36,610 nt of DNA from an uncultured Muribaculaceae bacterium (lineage in GTDB: Bacteria; Bacillota_I; Bacilli_A; RF39; UBA660), in assembly GCA_964637865.1 (NCBI GenBank), contig CAZWXX010000001.1, positions 1-36,610 of the forward strand. Reading direction: 5' to 3'. The notes beneath the pieces were generated by a model. It ran no database searches. It was not told the DNA's origin and saw only the letters and a list, made by a program, of their open reading frames with translations. Position numbers and translations under genes: made by a program. Shown here one piece after another: positions 7,409 to 15,269 of this stretch (position 1 is the stretch's first letter; every line of letters starts with the position of its first letter).

Positions 7409-9280
7409 TTATTTTGCAATTGAAATTGTATATGGAGTAGTATTACAACTAGTTATTTTATTTCCAGGTTTTAGTCCTGAAACATAGGAACCTGGACTCA
7501 TTCCAGTGTCACTTACGCCAATTACACTTATTTTTACATTTTGATAGTTATTAGCAAAGTAGGAATATAGTGCATTACTAACAGCAGTGTATCCATCATT
7601 GTTCATGAAAACATTTGTGAGTTGTGATGTTATTGTGTATGTTTGTTCTTTACATGTTGGTTGTGTATTGTTTGTGTTATTATTGTTATTACTATTATTG
7701 TTGTTACTATTGCTATTATTTGTTTTATCTTTATTTGTATTTGGTGTTACATAATTATTATTGGTTGTATTCGTTTTCTTTTTTCCCGTTGATAAAGTTA
7801 TCGTTATTGTAGTATTTTCCGCAACTTCACTGCCTTCTTTCATTGACTGAGCTAAAACGATATCTTTTTCTACTTTTTCATTATCTTGATAGATGAAATT
7901 ATAATTTATATTTACTTCTTTTAATTTTGTTATTACTGCCTGCTTTTTTAACCCTATTAACTTTGGTACCTTTGTCTTTTTTCCTTGAGAGATTGTTACT
8001 ATAATTGTTTCATTATTTTTTATTGTTTCTCCTTCTTTGTGAGAAGTTTTTATAATTTCTCCTTTTTTTACTAGACTATCAAATTCATATTCTTCTTGAA
8101 AGGTAATACCATATTTTTCAGCCCAACTTTTTAGTTCATCTAAGTTGTTTATTTTTGGCATTTTTAATTTTCCTTTGGATAATGTGATGGATACTAATGT
8201 TTTTTGCTCAATAATATCTCCTTTATTATAATTTGCTTTTATTACCATATTATCTTTTATTTTATCATCGTATTGATCTGTAAATTCTATTTTTAACTTA
8301 TTTTTAATAATCCATTCTGTAATTTCTGCCATGTTCATCTTTTTTAAATCTGGAACTTTAATTTTTGGTCCTTTAGAGATTGTTAGTTTAATTTTTGTAT
8401 CATTTGGTTTTATTATAGTTCCTATTTTTTCACTTTGTTTTGTTATATAATCTCTTTTGATTTTTGTTGAAAAGTCTTTTTCTAAATCATATAAAATGGC
8501 ATGCTGTTTTAGCCAAAATTCCGCTTCAAATTTAGTTTTGTTAGTTAAATCAATTAGTTTTATATCAGTGATTTCTTCTTTTTCTCCTAGTGAAAACGTG
8601 AGTTTTAGTGGATCACTTCGTTTTCTATTTCCATTTCCAACTTGCTCGATTACTGTGTTTTTTAATTTGGCAGATTCTATGAATTCTATTTCTACATTAT
8701 TTAAGTTGTTTTCTTTTACAAATTTTATTACTGCTTCATCACTCCAAGTTAACATATTTGGAATAATTACATCTTTATCTGGATTTGGTCCTTCACTGAC
8801 TGCTACAGTTAAATTTTTAACTTTTTTCAAATCCGTATCACTTGTTATATTTTGACCAATGATGTTATATTCTTCTACCATATCACTATATTCATAAATT
8901 TGTGTTAGTTCAATATTGTTTTTTTCAGCATATTTTACTACTTCTGTTAGACTTTTATTTGTAAAGTTTTCTAGTTTTTTGTTTGGTAGATTTAATAAAT
9001 TGAATTGTAGAGTAAGTTCAAAAAAGTTTAAAAGAATTAAGGTAAGTGATGCTAGAATTGTAGGAGTTTTTCCTTTTCTTCCTGCGATTATTCCTGTGAA
9101 TATAAAGAAAATCACAAATACTGTGGATAAAAGAAGTGTAATTAGGTTTTCTAATTCTATACTTTCATTTAATCCTTTGTATAAACTACTTCCAAACAGC
9201 ACTAATGTTGATAAAAGTGCTAATGTTAAAAAGAAGTAGCATACTTTATTTTTTTTTCTTTTTGATTTTTGTTCTTCCAT
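7409..9280 (-). CDS. Membrane protein with six tandem PASTA-like repeats, a poly-Asn/Ser/Thr linker and a ~80-aa Cys-containing C-terminal domain; no kinase or transpeptidase domain
   Basis: RBS AAGGAGGG upstream of ATG 9280. Three N-terminal TM helices. Six ~65-aa repeats share the PASTA-like pattern (K)VP.L.g....a...l.......f......v..g.vi.q....G..i.....i.i.iS.G, each ending EGP, SLG, SKGP, SKGK, SQGK or STGK. Asn-rich linker TNNSNSNNNNSNNNNNTNNT. Confidence 0.8.
   Translation of the reverse strand: MEEQKSKRKKNKVCYFFLTLALLSTLVLFGSSLYKGLNESIELENLITLLLSTVFVIFFIFTGIIAGRKGKTPTILASLTLILLNFFELTLQFNLLNLPNKKLENFTNKSLTEVVKYAEKNNIELTQIYEYSDMVEEYNIIGQNITSDTDLKKVKNLTVAVSEGPNPDKDVIIPNMLTWSDEAVIKFVKENNLNNVEIEFIESAKLKNTVIEQVGNGNRKRSDPLKLTFSLGEKEEITDIKLIDLTNKTKFEAEFWLKQHAILYDLEKDFSTKIKRDYITKQSEKIGTIIKPNDTKIKLTISKGPKIKVPDLKKMNMAEITEWIIKNKLKIEFTDQYDDKIKDNMVIKANYNKGDIIEQKTLVSITLSKGKLKMPKINNLDELKSWAEKYGITFQEEYEFDSLVKKGEIIKTSHKEGETIKNNETIIVTISQGKKTKVPKLIGLKKQAVITKLKEVNINYNFIYQDNEKVEKDIVLAQSMKEGSEVAENTTITITLSTGKKKTNTTNNNYVTPNTNKDKTNNSNSNNNNSNNNNNTNNTQPTCKEQTYTITSQLTNVFMNNDGYTAVSNALYSYFANNYQNVKISVIGVSDTGMSPGSYVSGLKPGNKITSCNTTPYTISIAK
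7664..7800 (-). repeat. Imperfect trinucleotide (AAT/AAC/AGT/ACA) simple-sequence tract encoding the poly-Asn/Ser/Thr linker
   Basis: On the plus strand this reads as ATTATTGTTATTACTATTATTGTTGTTACTATTGCTATTATT...; translated on the minus strand it gives TNTTNNNYVTPNTNKDKTNNSNSNNNNSNNNNNTNNT. Confidence 0.7.
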
Positions 9281-9369
9281 ATGATACCCTCCTTATTTTC
9301 TATCTTTATTATATAATAAAAGTGTCAAATTATGAAGTTTTGGACATGATTGTTTACATAAGTGGACAG

Positions 9370-9399
9370 TTGCGTTTCTTCATAGATTTTTGTTATAAT
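9370..9399 (+). promoter_or_regulatory. Extended -10 promoter for the phosphatase gene (and possibly the downstream locus)
   Basis: -35 TTGCGT (9370-9375), 18-nt spacer, TGtTATAAT (9391-9399), 30 nt upstream of ATG 9429. Confidence 0.55.
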
Positions 9400-9428
9400 G
9401 TGATTAGTGATAGTAGGGAGAAACTGGT

Positions 9429-9923
9429 ATGAAAATAACTTTAATTCGTCATGCAGAAAGTACTTATAATGAAAAGAAAATTTTTCAAGGACAAGCGAAT
9501 TGTGGATTAAGTAAAAAAGGCTTTGTGGATACAATAGAAAAAGCAAAAAATTTTCTACAGGACTTTGATGTTTGTTTTTGTTCTCCACTTGATAGGACAA
9601 GAGTGACGGCAGAGACTTTGGTCCCTTATTTAGATATTATTTATGATGATAGATTAAAGGAACGTTCCCTTGGAGATTTTGAAAATCTTCTTATTACTGA
9701 TGAGAGAAAGGCATATCTTCAAACTCATATTCCGCCAAATGGCGAGACTTTTTACGAACTAGATTTACGTGTTATTAGTTTTTTAGATACACTTAAAAAT
9801 GAATATTCTGGCAAAAATGTTTTAGTTGTTACACATGGTGGGATTATTTATACACTTTATAGAGTGTTGGGGTTAGAAGTTGATTATGTCGATAATTTAC
9901 AAATGCTCACGATTGAAATTTGA
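9429..9923 (+). CDS. Histidine phosphatase family protein (phosphoglycerate-mutase-like, short form)
   Basis: N-terminal catalytic motif ITLIRHAESTYN (RHG/RHA motif) and second catalytic His in VVTHGGII. Confidence 0.85.
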   Translation: MKITLIRHAESTYNEKKIFQGQANCGLSKKGFVDTIEKAKNFLQDFDVCFCSPLDRTRVTAETLVPYLDIIYDDRLKERSLGDFENLLITDERKAYLQTHIPPNGETFYELDLRVISFLDTLKNEYSGKNVLVVTHGGIIYTLYRVLGLEVDYVDNLQMLTIEI

Positions 9924-9936
9924 TTTTTAAGAAAGG

Positions 9937-9961
9937 AATCTAATTTAGACTTAATTAGATT
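9937..9961. repeat. AT-rich inverted repeat (weak terminator or operator candidate)
   Basis: AATCTAATT (9937-9945) and AATTAGATT (9953-9961) flank a 7-nt loop. Only TT follows, so it is not a convincing intrinsic terminator. Confidence 0.3.
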
Positions 9962-9973
9962 TTGGTGGAAAAT

Positions 9974-10921
9974 ATGAAATTTAGTATTATTGTTCCTGTG
10001 TATAATGTTTCGTCTTATATTGAAAAATGTCTTTTGAGTTTGAAAAAGCAACAGGGAAATCACTTTGAAGTACTAGTTGTAAATGATGGTAGTACGGATA
10101 ATAGTTTAGAAATTATTAAAAAATGTGTCGGTAATGATAAAAGGTTTACTATTTATACGAAAGAAAATGGTGGTCTTAGTGATGCTCGTAATTATGGGAT
10201 TGAGCGTGCAAAGGGAGAATATTTATTATTTGTAGATGGGGATGATTTTGTTCATAAAGATTATATTAAAACTTTGGAGGGTGTGATTTCTTCTTATGAA
10301 CCTGATATGATTCGTTTTCAGGCTTTTCGATATTATTATGAGAACAATACTTCTGAAATTTGTTTAGGAGATGTATTTTCTTTAAAGGGAATGGATGCTT
10401 TTCGAAGATTATGTGGGGATAATTATTTTGTTACAGCATGGATTTATGCTTATAAGCGAAGTTTTTTTGAGAAGTATCATTTTCGTTATGAGAAAGGGCG
10501 AAATCATGAGGACTTCGGGCTTACACCTTATGTTGTCTTAAAAGCGAGTGAAGTAATTTCGATTCCTAATGCTTTATATTATTATGTAGAACGTGATGGT
10601 AGTATTACGACGAGTGGGGATACTGATAAAATTAGAAAACGAGTAGAGGATGCCTTTTACTTGTATGATAAATTGATGGAAAAAGTAGAAAATGATAATG
10701 AGATTGGTGATGATGATAAAGCCTTTGTTTATAGTTATTTATCTAATGCCATGCTTGGAATGGGAAAGAGACTACCTCGAGATGTTTTTCAATTTTATAT
10801 TGGTGAGATTAATTCCCGAAAGATTTCTTCTTATTTACTAGAGGATAGTATAGGAAGAAAAATTAAAAAAGTACTTAGTATGTATTTTACGACATTTTAT
10901 ATTAAGTATTTTGCAAAGTAG
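9974..10921 (+). CDS. Family 2 glycosyltransferase
   Basis: MKFSIIVPVYNVSSYIEKCL, NDGSTDNS and DGDD motifs (GT-A fold, DXD). ATG 9974 is preferred over the TTG at 9962. Confidence 0.88.
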   Translation: MKFSIIVPVYNVSSYIEKCLLSLKKQQGNHFEVLVVNDGSTDNSLEIIKKCVGNDKRFTIYTKENGGLSDARNYGIERAKGEYLLFVDGDDFVHKDYIKTLEGVISSYEPDMIRFQAFRYYYENNTSEICLGDVFSLKGMDAFRRLCGDNYFVTAWIYAYKRSFFEKYHFRYEKGRNHEDFGLTPYVVLKASEVISIPNALYYYVERDGSITTSGDTDKIRKRVEDAFYLYDKLMEKVENDNEIGDDDKAFVYSYLSNAMLGMGKRLPRDVFQFYIGEINSRKISSYLLEDSIGRKIKKVLSMYFTTFYIKYFAK

Positions 10922-10938
10922 GAAAGGGTGTTTTAGAT

Positions 10939-11913
10939 ATGGTAAAGGTGAGTATTATTGTTCCTGTTTATAATGTGTATCCTTATTTAGATAAATGTTT
11001 AGATAGTTTAGTGAATCAGACTTTAGGGGATATTGAGATTATTGTTGTGAATGATGGAACGAAAGATCAGTCTCAAGAAATTATTGATCGTTATGCTAAG
11101 AAAGACAAACGTATTGTTGCCTTAAAAAAGAAAAATGGGGGTCTTAGTGATGCTAGAAACTATGGGTTAAAGTATGCTAAGGGCGAGTATATTTCTTTCA
11201 TTGATAGTGATGACTATGTGGATGTTACTATGATTGAGAAAATGTATCAAAAAGCAAAGAGTGAAAATTTCGACTTGGTAGAGTGTGATTGTTATTGGGA
11301 GTATCCTGATAAGTTAGTTTTAGATCAGTCTAGAATTCTCGATAATTATTTTGTGGATATTAGAGTGATGGCGTGGAATAAGCTTTATAAGCGGAGTTTA
11401 TTAGAGAAGACTGGTATTTTATTTCCAAAGGGACTTCAATATGAAGATATTAGTTTTTGTTATCAACTTCTCCCTTATGTCAAGAAAATTGGATATGTGG
11501 ATGAAGCACTTTACTACTATATTCAAAGGGATACTTCGATTGCTAATACTACGAGTTCTAAAGTAAGAGAAGTTTATGATAATATTCAACTGGTTCTTAA
11601 GTTTTATAGAGAAAAGGGATTTTATAAAAAGTATGAAAAGGAATTAGAATATGTTACCATGAAACTTATTTTAGGACGTAATTTTTATCGTATTTGTGCA
11701 TTAAAAGACAGAAAACTTAGAAAACAGTATTTAGAGGAAGGGTATCATATGTTAGAAGAGAACTTTCCAAACTGGAAGGAGAATCATTATCTACAGAGTA
11801 GAAATGATATTCATCATCGTTATTATAAGCATTTAAATCTTTTTACTTATAAACTCTCTTCTATTATTTTTCATTATGCAGGAGATTTTATTGTTGCTAA
11901 GGTTAGGAGGTAA
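10939..11913 (+). CDS. Family 2 glycosyltransferase
   Basis: VSIIVPVYNVYPYLDKCLDSLVNQT, NDGTKDQS and DSDD motifs. Paralogous to the preceding GT2. Confidence 0.88.
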   Translation: MVKVSIIVPVYNVYPYLDKCLDSLVNQTLGDIEIIVVNDGTKDQSQEIIDRYAKKDKRIVALKKKNGGLSDARNYGLKYAKGEYISFIDSDDYVDVTMIEKMYQKAKSENFDLVECDCYWEYPDKLVLDQSRILDNYFVDIRVMAWNKLYKRSLLEKTGILFPKGLQYEDISFCYQLLPYVKKIGYVDEALYYYIQRDTSIANTTSSKVREVYDNIQLVLKFYREKGFYKKYEKELEYVTMKLILGRNFYRICALKDRKLRKQYLEEGYHMLEENFPNWKENHYLQSRNDIHHRYYKHLNLFTYKLSSIIFHYAGDFIVAKVRR

Positions 11914-11915
11914 GT

Positions 11916-13337
11916 ATGCAGAAAGTAAAAGAAAATTTTCAAATAGAGTATTTGTTTTATCTCTTTTTAGTGATTTCACCTTTTTTGGATGCTTTTAGTT
12001 ATTGGTATCGAGAGTGGTTTCCTAATGCAGTTTTATCTCCAACTACTATTTTAAGACTTGTGATCCCTTGTGGTTTGCTCTTGTTTATTTTTATTACGCA
12101 AAAGAAGAGTCGAGGCTATTTGCTTATTGGTGGGGGCGTGTATTTTCTCTATGCTGTTTTTCATCTTTTGATTTATCAAAAGTTTTTGACGGAAAGTGCT
12201 TATGGTAGTGTTTTTCACGAGGCACAATATATTCTTAATTATACTTATATGATAATGGTATTTTATATTTGTTTTCATTTTAGTCAGGAGAGAAAATTAT
12301 CTAAGATTTATCAGGCGCTTACTCTTTTTTTAGCTGGGTATGTTGTTCTTTTATATTTAGCCCTTATAACTGGAACATCTTCTTCTACTTATATTGATGG
12401 AGTTGGTTATAAAGGATGGAATGCCTCAGGTAACGCGATTGGGTCGTTGCTCCTTATTACTCAAGTGATTTTACTTCCTTACTTTTTTAAGGAGAAAAAG
12501 TGGTACTATTTTATTCTACTTGGTTCCACTGGTGTTTATTTAATGGTATTTTTAGGAACTCGTGTTGGACTTTTAGGATTTCCTCTTATTTTGATTTTTT
12601 ATTTTATTTGTTTTCTGTTGGGAAAGAAAAAGAAGAAAGTTCTATCTCGTAAAAAGGTTCTTGTATCCATTCTTGTTTTTGTGACTTGTCTTGTTGGTGC
12701 CGTTTTTCTAGGGACTCATTCGTCTACATTAAAGCGTCAAAAGAATTTGGAGGAAGAGCAGAATCAAGTCGTTGACAAGAAGACACAAGAAGTTTCTCAT
12801 ATTACGGGTGATGCACTAGACTATGTTAAGAAAATCGAAGCGGGTAAGATGGATGCACATTTTATGGATCAAGCACAACAGAAGTCTTTGGTAGAGATGA
12901 AGAAGACTGCTGACAGACTAGAACTCGATAATAGTAAAAGACGTATTCAGCAACTCCTATATCATACTTATTTGGTGAAAAATCAGAAAAGTATTAGTAG
13001 AATTCTATTTGGAAATGGATATCTTTCAAGTTATAGTGAGATGACTTTAGAGATGGAACTTGCTTCTCTTCTTTATAACTTTGGGCTTTTTGGATTTATT
13101 CTTTATTTGGGATTTTTCCTTATTATATTAGTGAAATCGTTTATTACTTTATTTAAGCATTTTGATAGGCGTGATGTTTCCTATTTATACTATTTGTTTG
13201 GAGTAGCACTTGTTTATGGCTTATCACTTATGGCAGGATATACATTCTTTCACGTTTCCTCAATGATAGTGATTGTTCTTTTACATATTTTATTAGATGA
13301 TGAATGTAGAAAGGTGGAGAAGACTTGTGATGATTAG
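11916..13337 (+). CDS. Polytopic membrane protein, O-antigen ligase / Wzy polymerase-like
   Basis: About 10-12 TM helices with one large charged loop (KRQKNLEEEQNQ...KRRIQQLL) before the last TM bundle, the Wzy_C/O-antigen-ligase architecture. AGGAGG RBS lies inside the end of the upstream gene. Confidence 0.6.
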   Translation: MQKVKENFQIEYLFYLFLVISPFLDAFSYWYREWFPNAVLSPTTILRLVIPCGLLLFIFITQKKSRGYLLIGGGVYFLYAVFHLLIYQKFLTESAYGSVFHEAQYILNYTYMIMVFYICFHFSQERKLSKIYQALTLFLAGYVVLLYLALITGTSSSTYIDGVGYKGWNASGNAIGSLLLITQVILLPYFFKEKKWYYFILLGSTGVYLMVFLGTRVGLLGFPLILIFYFICFLLGKKKKKVLSRKKVLVSILVFVTCLVGAVFLGTHSSTLKRQKNLEEEQNQVVDKKTQEVSHITGDALDYVKKIEAGKMDAHFMDQAQQKSLVEMKKTADRLELDNSKRRIQQLLYHTYLVKNQKSISRILFGNGYLSSYSEMTLEMELASLLYNFGLFGFILYLGFFLIILVKSFITLFKHFDRRDVSYLYYLFGVALVYGLSLMAGYTFFHVSSMIVIVLLHILLDDECRKVEKTCDD

Positions 13338-13752
13338 AAAGTGCAGAATGGAAGATGAAAGGGCAGTATATGAGCTTATTTGTGAGTTAAAAGAGAAAGA
13401 GTTTAATTATGATAACTTTTCTACTGCTTTTCAAAATAAGATGAGTGATGATAGGAATTACTATATTTTATGTATAGAAGGAGATACTCCTATTGGCTTT
13501 TTAAGTCTTTCTATTGATTATCAATTGCATCACGCAAGTAAAGTGGCAACAGTAGAAGAACTTATTGTTAGTTCTAGATTTCGAAGTCGTGGTGCTGGGA
13601 AGGCTCTACTTCAAAATGCAGTTTTCTATGCAAAGGAGAAAAATTGCGACGTGATTGAACTTACAAGTGGATTTAAAAGAGAGAAGGCGCACGAGTTTTA
13701 TATTCGTAATGGCTTTTCTAAAGGTAGTTTTAAGTTTAAAATGAATTTATAA
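13330..13752 (+). CDS. GNAT N-acetyltransferase, PhnO-like (aminoalkylphosphonate N-acetyltransferase family)
   Basis: Colinear with E. coli PhnO as recalled: VYELICELKEKEFNYDNF vs VYALICELKQAEFDHHAF, LHH block, EELIV..RFRSRGAGKALL (acetyl-CoA loop), ELTS..KREKAHEFYIRNGF. ATG 13330 overlaps the upstream stop by 8 nt. Confidence 0.75.
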   Translation: MIRKCRMEDERAVYELICELKEKEFNYDNFSTAFQNKMSDDRNYYILCIEGDTPIGFLSLSIDYQLHHASKVATVEELIVSSRFRSRGAGKALLQNAVFYAKEKNCDVIELTSGFKREKAHEFYIRNGFSKGSFKFKMNL

Positions 13753-13755
13753 CTT

Positions 13756-13819
13756 TTAAAAAGTGTATATTAAAATCCTTAAAAAATGTATATCAAGTTT
13801 GTTAAAAAATGTATATCAA
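13756..13819 (+). repeat. Three 18-bp direct repeats at a 23-bp period (candidate regulator binding sites)
   Basis: TTAAAAAGTGTATATTAA (13756-13773), TTAAAAAATGTATATCAA (13779-13796), TTAAAAAATGTATATCAA (13802-13819). The last copy ends 3 nt before a candidate -35. Confidence 0.85.
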
Positions 13820-13822
13820 CTA

Positions 13823-13851
13823 TTGAGATAAGTATGTTTTTGTGATAGTAT
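13823..13851 (+). promoter_or_regulatory. Candidate extended -10 promoter for the ATPase gene
   Basis: -35 TTGAGA (13823-13828), 17-nt spacer, TGaTAGTAT (13843-13851). This leaves a ~100-nt leader before ATG 13954. Confidence 0.45.
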
Positions 13852-13953
13852 TTATATAAGAAATATTTTATTTTGTGGCTTTAAAATCTATATAAAAAAG
13901 GAAAGGAATTTAATATAGGCTATTTTAGCTAGCATTAAATTGTGTGTGATGAT

Positions 13954-15228
13954 ATGAAAGTTGCTTTGAATGAGTATTTACCTAGATTATTAGATGAAAA
14001 ACTAGATGAGTATTTAAAAGTATTTGGTGCTTTATCAGTAGAAGGACCTAAATGGTGTGGAAAAACTTGGACATCTTCTAAACACGCGCAAAGTGCGGTT
14101 TATTTTGATGATGAAGAAACAAAAGAAAAGGCACTACTTGATTTAGAACTTGTATTAAATGGGGAAGCTCCCGAATTGATTGACGAATGGCATTTGGTTC
14201 CAAAAGTTTGGGATCGAGTAAGACGTAAATGTGATGAAGATTCCAAAAAAGGGAAATATATTTTAACTTGTTCTACTGAGCTTAATGATGATGCTAAAAA
14301 GGCTATTTTTCATTCTGGTGCTGGTAGAATTGGTAAAATTAAAATGCATACGATGTCTCTTTACGAATCACAAGATTCTACAGGAGAGGCTTCTTTAACG
14401 GCAATGCTTGAAGGACGTCAGAAAAACGTTAATGTTAAAATACCTGAACTTACAGAAATTGCTCGTCTTATTATTCGAGGTGGTTGGCCTAGTAATATTA
14501 AAGTGGACTCTAAAAACGTAGGTTTAATTCCTAAAAGTTATATAGAATCTATTCTTGATAAAGATATGAATGATGATAAAAAACGCGATAAAAATAAAAT
14601 GAGAATGTTACTTCGTTCCCTTGCAAGAAATGAAGGGGCGATTGCTAGTAACCAAACACTTATTAAAGATACTCAAGAATATGCAACGGAAGATGAATTT
14701 ATTGAAAGCCGAATTACGGTTTCTGATTATTTGGATGTTTTAGCTCGGCTTCATTTAATAGAAAATCAGGAGTCATATCGAGAAAATTATCGTTCTAAAG
14801 AAAGAATTGGCAAATCTCCTAAAAGACATTTAACTGATCCGTCACTTGCGTGTGCTGTACTTAATTTAACAGAAGAAAAACTACTAAAGGATTTGAACAC
14901 ATTTGGTTTTATGTTTGAATCTCTTGTTGAAAGAGATCTAAGGATTTATATGGAATATTTGGATGGTCATTTTTATCATTTTCGTGATAATGTAACTGGG
15001 CTTGAAGTGGATTCTATCTTAGAATTTGCTAATGGGGACTATGCTGCAGTAGAAATTAAACTTGGCTATAATAAAGTAGAGGAAGCGAAAAAAGAATTAT
15101 TAAAATTTTATGATAATATGGTAACGAAACCTAAATTTATGTGTATTATTACTGCTAATTTTTCATCGGTTGTTAAAGACTCTGAAACAGGAATTTATAT
15201 TCTTCCAATTACAGCGTTACGACCTTAG
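13954..15228 (+). CDS. AAA+ ATPase (COG1373 / AAA_14 plus DUF4143 type) with a C-terminal PD-(D/E)xK nuclease-like motif
   Basis: Walker A GPKWCGKT, Walker B ELIDEW, C-terminal GLEVDSILEF...AAVEIKLG (D...ExK). The start could be ATG 13954 or GTG 13942; neither has a good RBS. Confidence 0.8.
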   Translation: MKVALNEYLPRLLDEKLDEYLKVFGALSVEGPKWCGKTWTSSKHAQSAVYFDDEETKEKALLDLELVLNGEAPELIDEWHLVPKVWDRVRRKCDEDSKKGKYILTCSTELNDDAKKAIFHSGAGRIGKIKMHTMSLYESQDSTGEASLTAMLEGRQKNVNVKIPELTEIARLIIRGGWPSNIKVDSKNVGLIPKSYIESILDKDMNDDKKRDKNKMRMLLRSLARNEGAIASNQTLIKDTQEYATEDEFIESRITVSDYLDVLARLHLIENQESYRENYRSKERIGKSPKRHLTDPSLACAVLNLTEEKLLKDLNTFGFMFESLVERDLRIYMEYLDGHFYHFRDNVTGLEVDSILEFANGDYAAVEIKLGYNKVEEAKKELLKFYDNMVTKPKFMCIITANFSSVVKDSETGIYILPITALRP

Positions 15229-15269
15229 TTGGTTTTAAAGAGAATGATGAATATGAGGGAGAAAAGTTT

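Noticed and set aside
7664-7800. The poly-Asn coding tract as a phase-variation (slipped-strand) switch.
   Set aside because: The trinucleotide tract is imperfect, mixing AAT, AAC, AGT, ACA and GAT-type codons. Any slippage would be in frame, so at most it causes length polymorphism of a linker, not on/off switching.
9281-9369. A promoter for the minus-strand PASTA gene (TTGACA seen on the minus strand).
   Set aside because: The TTGACA has a TATAAT only 9 nt downstream, and no acceptable -10 lies at 16-18 nt. I could not define a convincing promoter by eye, although one must exist in this 148-bp divergent region.
13756-13819. Possibility that the three direct repeats are a minimal CRISPR array.
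   Set aside because: The repeats are only 18 bp and separated by 5-bp gaps, far too short for spacers. There are no cas genes and no leader, so they are treated as binding-site-like repeats.
13786-13845. 19-codon ORF (MYIKFVKKCISTIEISMFL) spanning repeats 2-3 and the candidate promoter.
   Set aside because: It has no RBS, lies across promoter-like elements, and its sequence is dictated by the repeats. It is most likely not translated.
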